Source: Rubripirellula sp.
GTDB lineage: Bacteria > Planctomycetota > Planctomycetia > Pirellulales > Pirellulaceae
Reading direction: 5' to 3'
Assembly: GCA_965216875.1 (NCBI GenBank)
Contig: OZ244207.1
Coordinates: forward strand, 1,952,001 to 2,016,000
DNA length: 64,000 nt
Part shown: piece by piece, positions 20,213 to 29,423 of the stretch
Position numbering within the stretch: position 1 is the first letter of the stretch
Layout: every line of letters starts with the position of its first letter
Notes under the pieces: model-generated
Database searches by the model: none
What the model was told of the DNA's origin: nothing
The model's input: only the letters and a program-made list of their open reading frames with translations
Translations under genes and position numbers: made by a program

Positions 20213-21109
20213 ATGGCAAAAGTACTTCTTGTCGAAGATAGCCCCACCCAGGCTGTGGAAATTCGCATGTTGTTGGAAGAGGGGGCGCACGAGGTCAGGC
20301 ATGTTGCCAACGGGAAAGTGGCCTTGGCGACGCTCGCCGAAGAAATGCTTGACTTGGTTGTCACCGACCTGGAAATGCCCGAAGTCAACGGGCTGCAATT
20401 GGTCGAGGCGATGCGGCTTGACTACCCGCATATCCCCGCCGTGCTGGTGACCGCACGTGGCAGCGAGGATCTTGCCAGTGAGGCGCTTCAAAAAGGAGCG
20501 GCTGGGTATGTTCCCAAGAACCACCTGCAATCTCTGCTCAACGACACGATCACCGATGTGCTAGGAGTCATACGCACCGACGCCAGTTTCGCGAAACTGA
20601 TTTCGATGCTCAAGAAGAACGTCTTCGTTTTCGACATGCCCAACGATGCCGATCTTATTTCGCCACTGGTCGGACTGTTGATGCAAGTCGTTTCCGGGAT
20701 GGAACTGTTGGGTGGAACCGACATGGTACGTCTTGGTGTTGCAGTCGAACACGCGCTGATGAACGCAATGTACCGTGGCAACCTGGAACTCGGTCCTTCG
20801 GTCACGCCAGCGCACCGGGCAATCATTTACGACGATGCCACCAGTGACTTGATCGAACGCCGGAAAACCCAGTCGCCATATATGGAACGATCGGTCCATG
20901 TTGAAGCGATCGCGTCGGCGGATGAGATTCGCATCTTGGTCCGGGACCAGGGCAAGGGCTTCGATTTGAACAAAGTCCCGGACGCCGTCACCGCCGATTC
21001 GCTCGATTCCGAATCGGGTCGGGGCCTGCTGTTGATGAAGAGTTTCAGCGATGAGCTGATCTTCAACGATCAAGGTAACGAAGTGACCATCATCAAAAAG
21101 GTGCGCTGA
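20213..21109 (+). CDS. response regulator fused to an RsbW-like HATPase domain
   Basis: REC (VLLVEDS, VTDLEMP) plus ALMNAMYRGN, DQGKGFD and GRGLLLM ATPase boxes. Confidence 0.85.
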   Translation: MAKVLLVEDSPTQAVEIRMLLEEGAHEVRHVANGKVALATLAEEMLDLVVTDLEMPEVNGLQLVEAMRLDYPHIPAVLVTARGSEDLASEALQKGAAGYVPKNHLQSLLNDTITDVLGVIRTDASFAKLISMLKKNVFVFDMPNDADLISPLVGLLMQVVSGMELLGGTDMVRLGVAVEHALMNAMYRGNLELGPSVTPAHRAIIYDDATSDLIERRKTQSPYMERSVHVEAIASADEIRILVRDQGKGFDLNKVPDAVTADSLDSESGRGLLLMKSFSDELIFNDQGNEVTIIKKVR

Positions 21110-21140
21110 GCGAAGGCGCAATTCAGACCGACAAGAGCCC

Positions 21141-21446
21141 GTAGCTACGCTCGCCAGAGCGTGGTCCATCGGATCGCGTCGATGGACAGTCCCACCGTCT
21201 GGCGACGGTAGCTACGTTGGGAGTTCAAGAGCCCGTAGCTACGCTCGCCAGAGCGCGGTTTTGTTGCTGGCATCGTCCGCGTATGCCCCACCGTCTGGCG
21301 ACGGTAGCTACGTTGGAGTTCGATAGCTCGTAGCTACGCTCGCCAGAGCGTGGTCCATCGGATCGCGTCGATGGACAGTCCCACCGTCTGGCGACGGTAG
21401 CTACGTTGGAGTTCAATAGCTCGTAGCTACGCTCGTCAGAGCGTGG
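21141..21446. repeat. tandem array of 3.5 family-B REPINs (BIME-like), period about 94 bp
   Basis: GTAG left arms at 21141, 21235, 21330 and 21423; right arms end at 21215, 21311 and 21404; inner spacers alternate A/B/A/B. Confidence 0.9.
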
Positions 21447-21571
21447 TTCTGTTGCTGGCATCGTCCTGCAAAACCGGCCTGGATGTCCAAAACGGCTCGC
21501 TGCGTTAGGATACGTGCTGCGGCCAAACCACGCCGCAGCCACGGTTCTTCCCAAATAAGGACATTTACGGA

Positions 21572-23611
21572 ATGCGGCTCCTTCCCCTCTTTCTATTGGC
21601 AGTGATCGCTGTCACCTCTGGATCGGCAGCCTTTGCACAAGACTCAGCCGAAACCTCCACCAAGATTTCCGGAATCGACCAGTCGCTGTTTAGTGAGTCC
21701 GTCGACCCTGGTGACAACTTTTACACCTACGCCAACCAGAAATGGCTCGATGCCACCGAGATCCCATCGGACAAATCGAATTATGGCGTTTTCAATATGC
21801 TCGCCGATTCGGCGCGCGAAAGTGTGAGGGAACTGATCGAGACGGCCGCCAACCAAGAGAGCGAGCCCGATTCGGCTGCCCAAAAAGTGGGTGACCTCTA
21901 TGAGTCGGTCCTGAATGTGGACGGGCGAAATGAAGCGGGCATTTCTCCGATCCGAAGCCTTTTGATCGTCATCAACAACGTGACCTCTCGCCGAACTGCC
22001 GCTGCCGCGATGGGGACGTTGCAACGTAGCGGAGTCTACGGCCCGCTAGACGGATCCGTCGGCATCGATACCAAGAAGAGTGACCAATACGCAATCTATC
22101 TGACTCAAGGTGGCTTGACGCTTCCCGATCGCGACTACTACCTCGAAGACGACGAGCGGTATGTCAAGTTGCGTGGCGAATTGAAAGCGTACATTGCCGA
22201 CATGCTTGGGGAACTTGGCGTTGATGACCCAGCGGGTGCGGCCGAAGCGATCTTCAATATTGAATCGCAACTCGCCCAGTCGCAGTGGACCAAGACCAAG
22301 AATCGAGATCCCAACGCGACTTACAACCTGCACACGGTTGACGAGATCACCGAGCGTCTGGACGGATTCGACTGGGCGGCCTTCTCTGACACGACGGGCT
22401 ATTCGGGTAATGAGTCGTTCATCGTCAAACAGCCCTCCTTTGCGGGTGACTTTGCCAAACTCTTTGCATCCGTTGATGTCGAAACCTGGAAAAACTACAT
22501 GCGGTTTCGTGTCATCGACGCCTATGCTTCGAGCTTGTCCGAATCACTCGAGCAAAAACACTTTGCCTTCCACAGCACGGCGATCTCTGGCATCAGCGAG
22601 CAAAAGGAACTTTGGAAACGCGGCGTCGATGTTACCGGTAGCGTTCTGGGCGAACTCGTCGGACAACTTTACGTCGAAAAGAACTTCAAGCCAGCTGCCA
22701 AAGCGCGGATGCTCGAATTGGTCGAGAACCTCAAAAAAGCGTTCGCTGCTCGCATCAAGACACGCGAGTGGATGGGAGAAGGGACCAAAAAAGAGGCGCT
22801 CAAAAAGCTTGAGCTGTTCACAGCCAAGATTGCCTATCCCGACAAGTGGAAAGACTATTCCAATCTCCGCATCGAATCGGATTTGCCGTCGGTCAACCTT
22901 ATCGCCGCTGCTGAATTCGAATACTCACGTGACCTCGCTAAGTTGGGCGGTCCGATCGATCGCACCGAATGGTTGATGACGCCGCAAACGGTCAACGCCT
23001 ACTACTACCCGCCAATGAACGAGATCGTGTTTCCGGCGGCGATTTTGCAGCCACCCTTTTTCAACATCGCTGCGGACGACGCAGTCAACTACGGCGGCAT
23101 CGGTGCCGTGATCGGTCACGAACTCAGTCACGGATTCGACGACAAAGGAAGCCAATACGATGGCAAGGGGAATCTTCGCAAATGGTGGACGGAAGAAGAC
23201 CGGGCCGAGTTTGAGAGTCGGTCCAAGGCGCTCGTCGAACAATACAACCTATTCGAACCACTCGAAGGCAGCTTCGTAAACGGTGAATTCACACTCGGGG
23301 AAAACATTGGTGACCTCGGCGGACTCAATGTTGCCTACGAAGCCTACAAGATCTCGCTTGGTGGCGAACCAGCGCCTGTGATTGATGGTTTGACCGGTGA
23401 CCAACGCTTTTTCTTGAATTGGTCCCAAATCTGGCGCAGGTTGTACCGGAAATCGGAAATGCTCAAGCGTTTGGTTGATGACCCGCACAGCCCAAGTGAG
23501 TTTCGCGTCAACGGCATCGTGCGAAACATGGACGCTTGGTACGAAGCGTTCGGAATTAAGCCGAGCAGCAAGTTGTTCCTTCCGCCAGATCAGCGTGTGC
23601 GAATCTGGTAA
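21572..23611 (+). CDS. M13 family zinc metallopeptidase (PepO/neprilysin-like)
   Basis: VNAYY, GHELSHGFD, GENIGD and DPHSP motifs; signal peptide. Confidence 0.95.
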   Translation: MRLLPLFLLAVIAVTSGSAAFAQDSAETSTKISGIDQSLFSESVDPGDNFYTYANQKWLDATEIPSDKSNYGVFNMLADSARESVRELIETAANQESEPDSAAQKVGDLYESVLNVDGRNEAGISPIRSLLIVINNVTSRRTAAAAMGTLQRSGVYGPLDGSVGIDTKKSDQYAIYLTQGGLTLPDRDYYLEDDERYVKLRGELKAYIADMLGELGVDDPAGAAEAIFNIESQLAQSQWTKTKNRDPNATYNLHTVDEITERLDGFDWAAFSDTTGYSGNESFIVKQPSFAGDFAKLFASVDVETWKNYMRFRVIDAYASSLSESLEQKHFAFHSTAISGISEQKELWKRGVDVTGSVLGELVGQLYVEKNFKPAAKARMLELVENLKKAFAARIKTREWMGEGTKKEALKKLELFTAKIAYPDKWKDYSNLRIESDLPSVNLIAAAEFEYSRDLAKLGGPIDRTEWLMTPQTVNAYYYPPMNEIVFPAAILQPPFFNIAADDAVNYGGIGAVIGHELSHGFDDKGSQYDGKGNLRKWWTEEDRAEFESRSKALVEQYNLFEPLEGSFVNGEFTLGENIGDLGGLNVAYEAYKISLGGEPAPVIDGLTGDQRFFLNWSQIWRRLYRKSEMLKRLVDDPHSPSEFRVNGIVRNMDAWYEAFGIKPSSKLFLPPDQRVRIW

Positions 23612-23634
23612 CCGAGGTCGATGGGGAAGCGAAG

Positions 23635-25053
23635 ATGATTGAAACCAAAAAGGCAACGGACGTTCGCGTTCGAGATGTTTCGCTGCACTACTTGCCAGTC
23701 GAAATGCGAATGCCCTTGAAGTTTGGCAAAGAGTCGGTCAAGTCAGTGACCTGTGCTCGAGTTGCTGTGACGGTCGAGGATCAATCGGGTCGCAGTGCAA
23801 CTGGTTGGGGCGAGACGCCGTTGTCAGTCACTTGGGCATGGCCATCGGCGACGCTCTCGTACGCTCAGCGCTACGAAGCAATGACCCAGTTCTGCCATTG
23901 GCTTGCCGAAGCCTGGGCCAATTCACAAGCATCGGGGCATCCGATCGAGATTGGCCACTTCGTGATCAACGAATCGCTGCCGAAGATGCTCGACCAATTC
24001 AATGCTGACCGCGGCGAGGATGGCATTCCGCATCTAGCCGCGTTGATCGTGTTGAGCGCTTTTGACATTGCGACGCACGACGCCTACGGAAATCTTCATG
24101 ACGTCGACATCTACGAAACTTACAACTCCGAGTACATGAACCTGGATCTGGATAGCTTCCTGACTCCAGCCGAGCACACCGACATATGCTTCAAGGGGAA
24201 GTATCCGGCCGACTACATGGTCGCCCACGCTCCCACCGAGATGCCCGTTTGGCACCTCGTTGGCGGGCTTGATCCACTCGATGATCGCGACATCACGGGG
24301 GATGTTCCGGATGATGACTACCCGGTCACGCTCCGAGACTGGATCGATCGGGACGGACTCAAATGTTTGAAGATCAAACTCCGAGGCAACGATGAAGTCT
24401 GGGATTACCACCGCTTGATCGAGATTGGGAAGATGTCGATCGAAACCGGAGTCACTTCTCTGTCAGCCGACTTCAATTGCACGGTGACCGACCCGCAATA
24501 CGTCAACGGCATCCTTGATCGTGTCATCACCGAACACCCTGCGATCTCGGAATTGGTCCTCTACGTCGAACAGCCGTTTCCTTACGACTTGGAAAAGAAC
24601 CAAATCGACGTAAGCAGTGTCTCGGCGCGCAAACCGCTGTTCCTGGACGAGAGTGCTCATGATTGGCGTTTTGTCGCGCTGGGGCGAAAGCTTGGTTGGA
24701 GCGGTGTCGCGCTGAAGACTTGCAAGACACAGACCGGGGCATTGCTGAGTATGTGTTGGGCCAAAGCGCACGGCATGCCATTGATGGTTCAAGACCTTAC
24801 CAATCCGATGCTCGCGCAAATCCCGCACGTTCGTCTGGCCGCTCACGCCGGCACGATCATGGGGGTCGAGTCGAATGGGATGCAATTCTATCCCGCGGCT
24901 TCGGCGCCCGAAGAACAGGTGCATCCGGGGATTTATTGTCGGCGAAACGGAGTGCTCGACCTGTCGACGCTTCATGGACCGGGATTCGGTTATCGCGTCG
25001 GCGAAATGGTTCGCGAACTCCCCCATGGTGAAGCATTCCATCGCGCCCCGTAG
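23635..25053 (+). CDS. mandelate racemase/muconate lactonizing enzyme family protein
   Basis: Enolase-superfamily motifs LKIKL, ADFN, YVEQP, LDES, ALKTCK. Confidence 0.8.
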   Translation: MIETKKATDVRVRDVSLHYLPVEMRMPLKFGKESVKSVTCARVAVTVEDQSGRSATGWGETPLSVTWAWPSATLSYAQRYEAMTQFCHWLAEAWANSQASGHPIEIGHFVINESLPKMLDQFNADRGEDGIPHLAALIVLSAFDIATHDAYGNLHDVDIYETYNSEYMNLDLDSFLTPAEHTDICFKGKYPADYMVAHAPTEMPVWHLVGGLDPLDDRDITGDVPDDDYPVTLRDWIDRDGLKCLKIKLRGNDEVWDYHRLIEIGKMSIETGVTSLSADFNCTVTDPQYVNGILDRVITEHPAISELVLYVEQPFPYDLEKNQIDVSSVSARKPLFLDESAHDWRFVALGRKLGWSGVALKTCKTQTGALLSMCWAKAHGMPLMVQDLTNPMLAQIPHVRLAAHAGTIMGVESNGMQFYPAASAPEEQVHPGIYCRRNGVLDLSTLHGPGFGYRVGEMVRELPHGEAFHRAP

Positions 25054-25076
25054 GTGTGGCGAGGATTTATGCACCC

Positions 25077-25178
25077 GTAGCAACGCTCGCCAGAATGCCG
25101 AGCTTCAACATCGTCGCCTTTCGCTCCGCGAAAGTTGCGCCCGAAAACGCTACTTTCGCGGAGCGAAAGGCGACGATG
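25077..25178. repeat. degenerate family-B REP followed by a family-C REPIN (GTCGCCTTTCGCTCCGCGAAAG...CTTTCGCGGAGCGAAAGGCGAC)
   Basis: Long inverted repeat at 25109-25178; the same element occurs at 56073-56134. Confidence 0.8.
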
Positions 25179-25215
25179 GTTTTTGTGGCGTCGACAGAGA
25201 ATGCTCGCGTCATTT

Positions 25216-26124
25216 CTATTTGGCGTGCAAAAACATCCCGCACGAAGCTTGGACGTCGAATCCGACCCTCGGAATGACGCGAACGCGTGAGTTGGGGAGT
25301 CGACGGCGATAGACCTCGGCGCAACGTTCGATCACCGATTCGTTCGGTTCGCGTCCGTGTCGTACAGGATCAAGCGGGTTGTAACGCACGATGTTGATGT
25401 GCACCATCAATTTGCGGTTTTCAATCTCGTCGCAGATCGCGTGCACATCTTCGATGCGATCATTCTCACCTTCGATGAACGCGTAGTGAAGCTTGCAGAT
25501 CTTGTAGGTCGCGCGCTGATAGCTGGCCAACCGGTCCAACGCGTCACCATAGTGCATTGCCTTGGGAAGCCACTTGCGTCGAAATGCGTTTTCAACGCTG
25601 TAGATCGAATAATAGATCTCGGGGTGGTAGGTGAGGAAGATGTCCTCGAGCCTTCGATCACCGAGTGTTTTGGGCATAATCGTCGAAACGAGGTAGCGCG
25701 GGCGCACATTAAGGTGTTTGGCGCGCGCCGCGAGTCCGCCCAGAATCTCATCGGCGGAATCCAAAACGACTCGGCTTGCGAGTGCCTCGCCGCGTGCCAT
25801 GAAATTGAAGTGGACCGATTCCGCAGTTGGCGTCTCGGTTGCGTAGTAGTCAAGCACCACGTCTGCTTGATGCAGTAATTCGGTAACGCTCACATCGCGG
25901 GTTTGCGTCTGTTTGCTCGCGGTCAGGTGACACATTCGGCAACCGCGGTCACACCCAGTTTGCGAGGAAAGGTAAACTACGAAATAATCCTCGCGTCGGC
26001 GAACGTACCGCGCTTCGATACTGCCAACGTCGGCTGCAAACTCCCAATTGACTGAGGCGTCTTGTTCGCTGACAAAACGGCGTGCGTCTTCCAAGTCGGC
26101 CATCGAATCCGAAACGTGCGTCAT
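25216..26124 (-). CDS. RlmN/Cfr-like radical SAM protein (atypical)
   Basis: SSQTGCDRGCRMC (CxxxCxxC), FMARGEAL (cf. MGMGEP), C-terminal ASCGMF (cf. AACGQL). Start at 26124 or 26103. Confidence 0.8.
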   Translation of the reverse strand: MTHVSDSMADLEDARRFVSEQDASVNWEFAADVGSIEARYVRRREDYFVVYLSSQTGCDRGCRMCHLTASKQTQTRDVSVTELLHQADVVLDYYATETPTAESVHFNFMARGEALASRVVLDSADEILGGLAARAKHLNVRPRYLVSTIMPKTLGDRRLEDIFLTYHPEIYYSIYSVENAFRRKWLPKAMHYGDALDRLASYQRATYKICKLHYAFIEGENDRIEDVHAICDEIENRKLMVHINIVRYNPLDPVRHGREPNESVIERCAEVYRRRLPNSRVRVIPRVGFDVQASCGMFLHAK

Positions 26125-26162
26125 CCCAATCTCCCAATGCGAAACACTTGTCACAAGATAGT

Positions 26163-26966
26163 GTGGTGCGACTAAAACGACAAACTGTCAGCGACTCGGT
26201 TCGGCATCAAGTGCTTGAGGGGGCGCTTGCGCGATTGGTGCAGGTGCAGACGAGCCATCCTTACGTCTTGCGGGGTGGCATGTTGTTGCGGCACTGGTTC
26301 ACCACGGTCGAGCGTCCCTCGACCGATATCGATTTGGTTTCACTCGACGAATTCGACGTCCAACGTGCGACGGAGGCACTCACGCCGTTGCTGCATGTGG
26401 ACCGGATCGATGACGGTGTTCAATTCGACACCGAGCGATGGCGAGTGCAACCGATTTGGATGGATACCGATTTTCCTGGGATCAGAATGATCGCATTGGC
26501 CACAGTCGACGCCCAACAGGTTGCATTCAGCGTTGACATTACGTTCGGTGAATCGCTGGTGCCGGAGCCGATGTTCGAGAAGCTTGAATCAGCCGCTGCG
26601 GGCCCGATCGAAATCCTGGCTTGTCGGCCCGAAGCGATCTTGGCTCGCAAACTGCAAGCGTTGAGCGATATGGCACTGCAACATTGGCGACCCAAAGACC
26701 TCAACGACATTTGGCATTTGCTTGAGTCGCGGCAACTTGATCGCCGTGACGTCGTCGATGCCATCCATTATTCATTCAACAGTCGAGGGTCGAGTGCCGG
26801 CGCCGCCCGCGATATGTTTGGGGAAGACTCTTGGTGGAAAACCCAGACCGCGAAGGCGCGATGGCGTGACTTTTGTGTTGCCAACCGGCATTGCGCCGGC
26901 ACCGCGTTGTCGCAAATCGTATCGGATGTCGCCCAGCAACTTGTGCCAGTACTAGGACAACTTTGA
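26163..26966 (+). CDS. AbiEii/AbiGii family nucleotidyltransferase
   Basis: YVLRGGMLL..RPSTDIDL, VDITFGE, EAILARKL and RPKDLNDIW motifs. Start position uncertain. Confidence 0.8.
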   Translation: MVRLKRQTVSDSVRHQVLEGALARLVQVQTSHPYVLRGGMLLRHWFTTVERPSTDIDLVSLDEFDVQRATEALTPLLHVDRIDDGVQFDTERWRVQPIWMDTDFPGIRMIALATVDAQQVAFSVDITFGESLVPEPMFEKLESAAAGPIEILACRPEAILARKLQALSDMALQHWRPKDLNDIWHLLESRQLDRRDVVDAIHYSFNSRGSSAGAARDMFGEDSWWKTQTAKARWRDFCVANRHCAGTALSQIVSDVAQQLVPVLGQL

Positions 26967-28447
26967 TGCCATCTGCAGAGCAACAGGCTTTGGTCGCCGC
27001 CATCAATGAACAGCCAGACGACGATACGCCGCGTCTGATTTATGCCGACTGGCTCGAGGAATCTGGCGACCTTAATCGGGCTGAGTTCATTCGCGTTCAG
27101 ATCGCAATTGCCAAGCTTGAACACTGGGATTCGGAGTTTCTGCCGCTGTACGTGCGCGAAAAGACGCTCACGAAGAAGTGTGGCAAGCAGTGGCGAAGCG
27201 AGCTGCCAATCATTCCAGGTGTCGAGTGGGGAAGCTTTCGTCGGGGCATGATGGCGACAGCCACGATCATTGAGTCAGCGACGCTTTCAACCAAGGCAGA
27301 CCAAGCTCGCGAGCACGCGCCTCTGGAAGCACTCACCATCGGTTGGCCCGATTCTCGGCGCAGTTTTGATGATCCCGCTCCGATTCCTGGAATTCGTGAA
27401 CTGCATATTCACGAGGCACCCTACCTCGGACCTGAAGACATCTCGATGCTCGCCTGGTCGCCGATTCTTGGTGGCATCGAAACACTTGCGATTGGAGATT
27501 CGAATTTAGGTTCGGATGGCGTGCGACGGTTGCTCGAGGGCACCGGGCTCGCGTTCCTCAAAAGGTTGCGACTGTTCAACAACGCGATTGGCAATGAAGG
27601 ACTCGATGCGATTTTGGGAGCGTTTGCCGGTTTGGAGGAGCTTGATTTGTCGGAACCGGACAGCTACGGGCGGTACGAAGAGGATCCTGCAATCAACGCC
27701 GATGGTATGCGTGCACTCGCCGACTGGCCGCAAATGAAATCGCTCCGCCGTCTTGCGATTTCCGGGAATGCGATCGGGTCGGAGGGGCTTTACGCGCTCG
27801 TTCAATCGGAACACCTGGGGAACCTCAAAGAACTGGTCGCTCGCAACACCGACCTGTCGGGTTCGTCAATGGAAGCCTTTACGCGCGCAAACCGAGACAT
27901 CAAGTTCGAGTTCATCGATGTCGGCGAGAACTACATCACTGACGTCGGAGCTCAATTCATCTCGCTCGGGGAAAGCCTCGACCAGCTCAAGGGGCTTCGC
28001 GTTGATCGGTGCGAAATTGATCGTATTGGGGGACTGGCTTTGGCCGATTCCGCAATGGTCCACTCGCTCACCAAGCTCGATTGCAACGACAACTTGCTCG
28101 GGGACGAGCCCGTTGTAGCACTCATCGAACGAGACCCTGCTCAGCTGAGCACCTTGCAACTTGCAAACAACGGGTTGGGCAGAGCAGCGGTCGAAGCGAT
28201 TGTAAAGAGTGACTGTGGCGCGCGACTGCAGGCACTCGACCTCCGCGGCAACCGACTTGTCGACGATGACGTAACGCCCATATTCGAGGCGGGGGCGCTG
28301 CCAGGGCTGCTTGCAATGCGACTCGGTTCGAACCGAATGAACCATCCCGAAAAGATCGTCGAGACCGATCTCGGAAAACGACTTCTCGACGCGGCCGACT
28401 ACGACCCGGCATCTGCTGTCCCCTTTTTCGCTCCCTATGACCTATGA
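26966..28447 (+). CDS. TIGR02996 domain protein with leucine-rich repeats
   Basis: AINEQPDDDTPRLIYADWLEESGD..RAEFIRVQI followed by many LxxLxLxxNxIG repeats. The ATG overlaps the upstream TGA (TGATG). Confidence 0.9.
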   Translation: MPSAEQQALVAAINEQPDDDTPRLIYADWLEESGDLNRAEFIRVQIAIAKLEHWDSEFLPLYVREKTLTKKCGKQWRSELPIIPGVEWGSFRRGMMATATIIESATLSTKADQAREHAPLEALTIGWPDSRRSFDDPAPIPGIRELHIHEAPYLGPEDISMLAWSPILGGIETLAIGDSNLGSDGVRRLLEGTGLAFLKRLRLFNNAIGNEGLDAILGAFAGLEELDLSEPDSYGRYEEDPAINADGMRALADWPQMKSLRRLAISGNAIGSEGLYALVQSEHLGNLKELVARNTDLSGSSMEAFTRANRDIKFEFIDVGENYITDVGAQFISLGESLDQLKGLRVDRCEIDRIGGLALADSAMVHSLTKLDCNDNLLGDEPVVALIERDPAQLSTLQLANNGLGRAAVEAIVKSDCGARLQALDLRGNRLVDDDVTPIFEAGALPGLLAMRLGSNRMNHPEKIVETDLGKRLLDAADYDPASAVPFFAPYDL

Positions 28448-28472
28448 ACCGCTTGCTTGGTCAAGCTAGTTG

Positions 28473-29285
28473 ATGACTGACCGCGCCTACTTAAACCATC
28501 GCGTCGCGTTTGCCGTTGGGACGGGGCGATGCGGGACGACCCTGCTTTGCGAACTCTTGCGACAAGAGCCATCAGTCGCGTCGTCGCATGAGCGCGCTCG
28601 ACTGCGCACGAACTTTCATATGTTCTGCAAATGGCACGGGATCGAAGTCGATCCCGAGGGATTCTTGCGGGCGAGACAACGCGAAATTGAAAGCGACTTT
28701 GAATCGCATCAGCACTCGTTTGAAAGTAGCGCTCTACTGTCGCACTCGATCGACGAGCTTGCCGATCGGTTTGCGGCAAAGTTTATCTGGCTCGTGCGCC
28801 ATCCGGCAGCGACTGTTGCGTCGTTTGCGGCGCGGGGGTGGTTCCGAGAAATTCAGTCACGGAGCAACCCACATTTGCCGCCTACCTACGAAGGACGCGA
28901 TGGCGAAAAGGCGCGTCACTTTTTTGGACGCATCATTCCCAATGGCGATGAATTCACCACGTTCGAGAAGATGACGCCGATTGGGCGCATCGCATGGTTC
29001 TGGCAAGCAAGGAACCGCGCGATTTCAGAGCAACTTCAGCGGCTTCCGCGATCGCAGTGGAAGCTGCAGAGAATCGAAGATCTCGATTTCCAAGCGTACC
29101 GCGAACTTACAGAGTTCATCGGATTCACTCCGAGTCTCAGCGAAGCGACGTTTGAGCAACTGGCATCCGCCAAAATCAATACAGGGCCCGAGCCAACAAC
29201 GGTTGATGCATGGAGCGAACAGGAAAAGGCGGAGTTCGAAGGGCAAGTCGCGGCGATGTCCGAGACACTGGCCTACAGTCTGTAA
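28473..29285 (+). CDS. sulfotransferase family protein
   Basis: GTGRCGTTLL 5'-PSB motif, LVRHP..TVAS 3'-PB motif, RIEDL. Confidence 0.75.
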   Translation: MTDRAYLNHRVAFAVGTGRCGTTLLCELLRQEPSVASSHERARLRTNFHMFCKWHGIEVDPEGFLRARQREIESDFESHQHSFESSALLSHSIDELADRFAAKFIWLVRHPAATVASFAARGWFREIQSRSNPHLPPTYEGRDGEKARHFFGRIIPNGDEFTTFEKMTPIGRIAWFWQARNRAISEQLQRLPRSQWKLQRIEDLDFQAYRELTEFIGFTPSLSEATFEQLASAKINTGPEPTTVDAWSEQEKAEFEGQVAAMSETLAYSL

Positions 29286-29297
29286 TGTCGTCGAACC

Positions 29298-29416
29298 GTA
29301 GGGTGTGTGCTTGCACGCACCAAGACACTCAGGTGAAGGCCGCGGAGCGGCGAAGAGTGTGTTCCCACGGGGACCGTGGGAACAAGGTTGATGTAGGGTG
29401 TGTGCTTGCACGCACC
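29298..29416. repeat. two direct family-A REPs (GTAGGGTGTGTGCTTGCACGCACC) enclosing a GTTCCCACGG/CCGTGGGAAC hairpin
   Basis: Copies at 29298-29321 and 29393-29416; hairpin at 29361-29383. Confidence 0.85.
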
Positions 29417-29423
29417 AACTCGG

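Noticed and set aside
21141..21446. CRISPR array
   Set aside because: The repeats are inverted REP pairs, the spacers recur (A/B/A/B), and no cas genes are present.
25216..26124. Housekeeping rlmN or the cfr resistance gene
   Set aside because: Key motifs diverge (no C118 equivalent, MARGEA), so no gene symbol was assigned.
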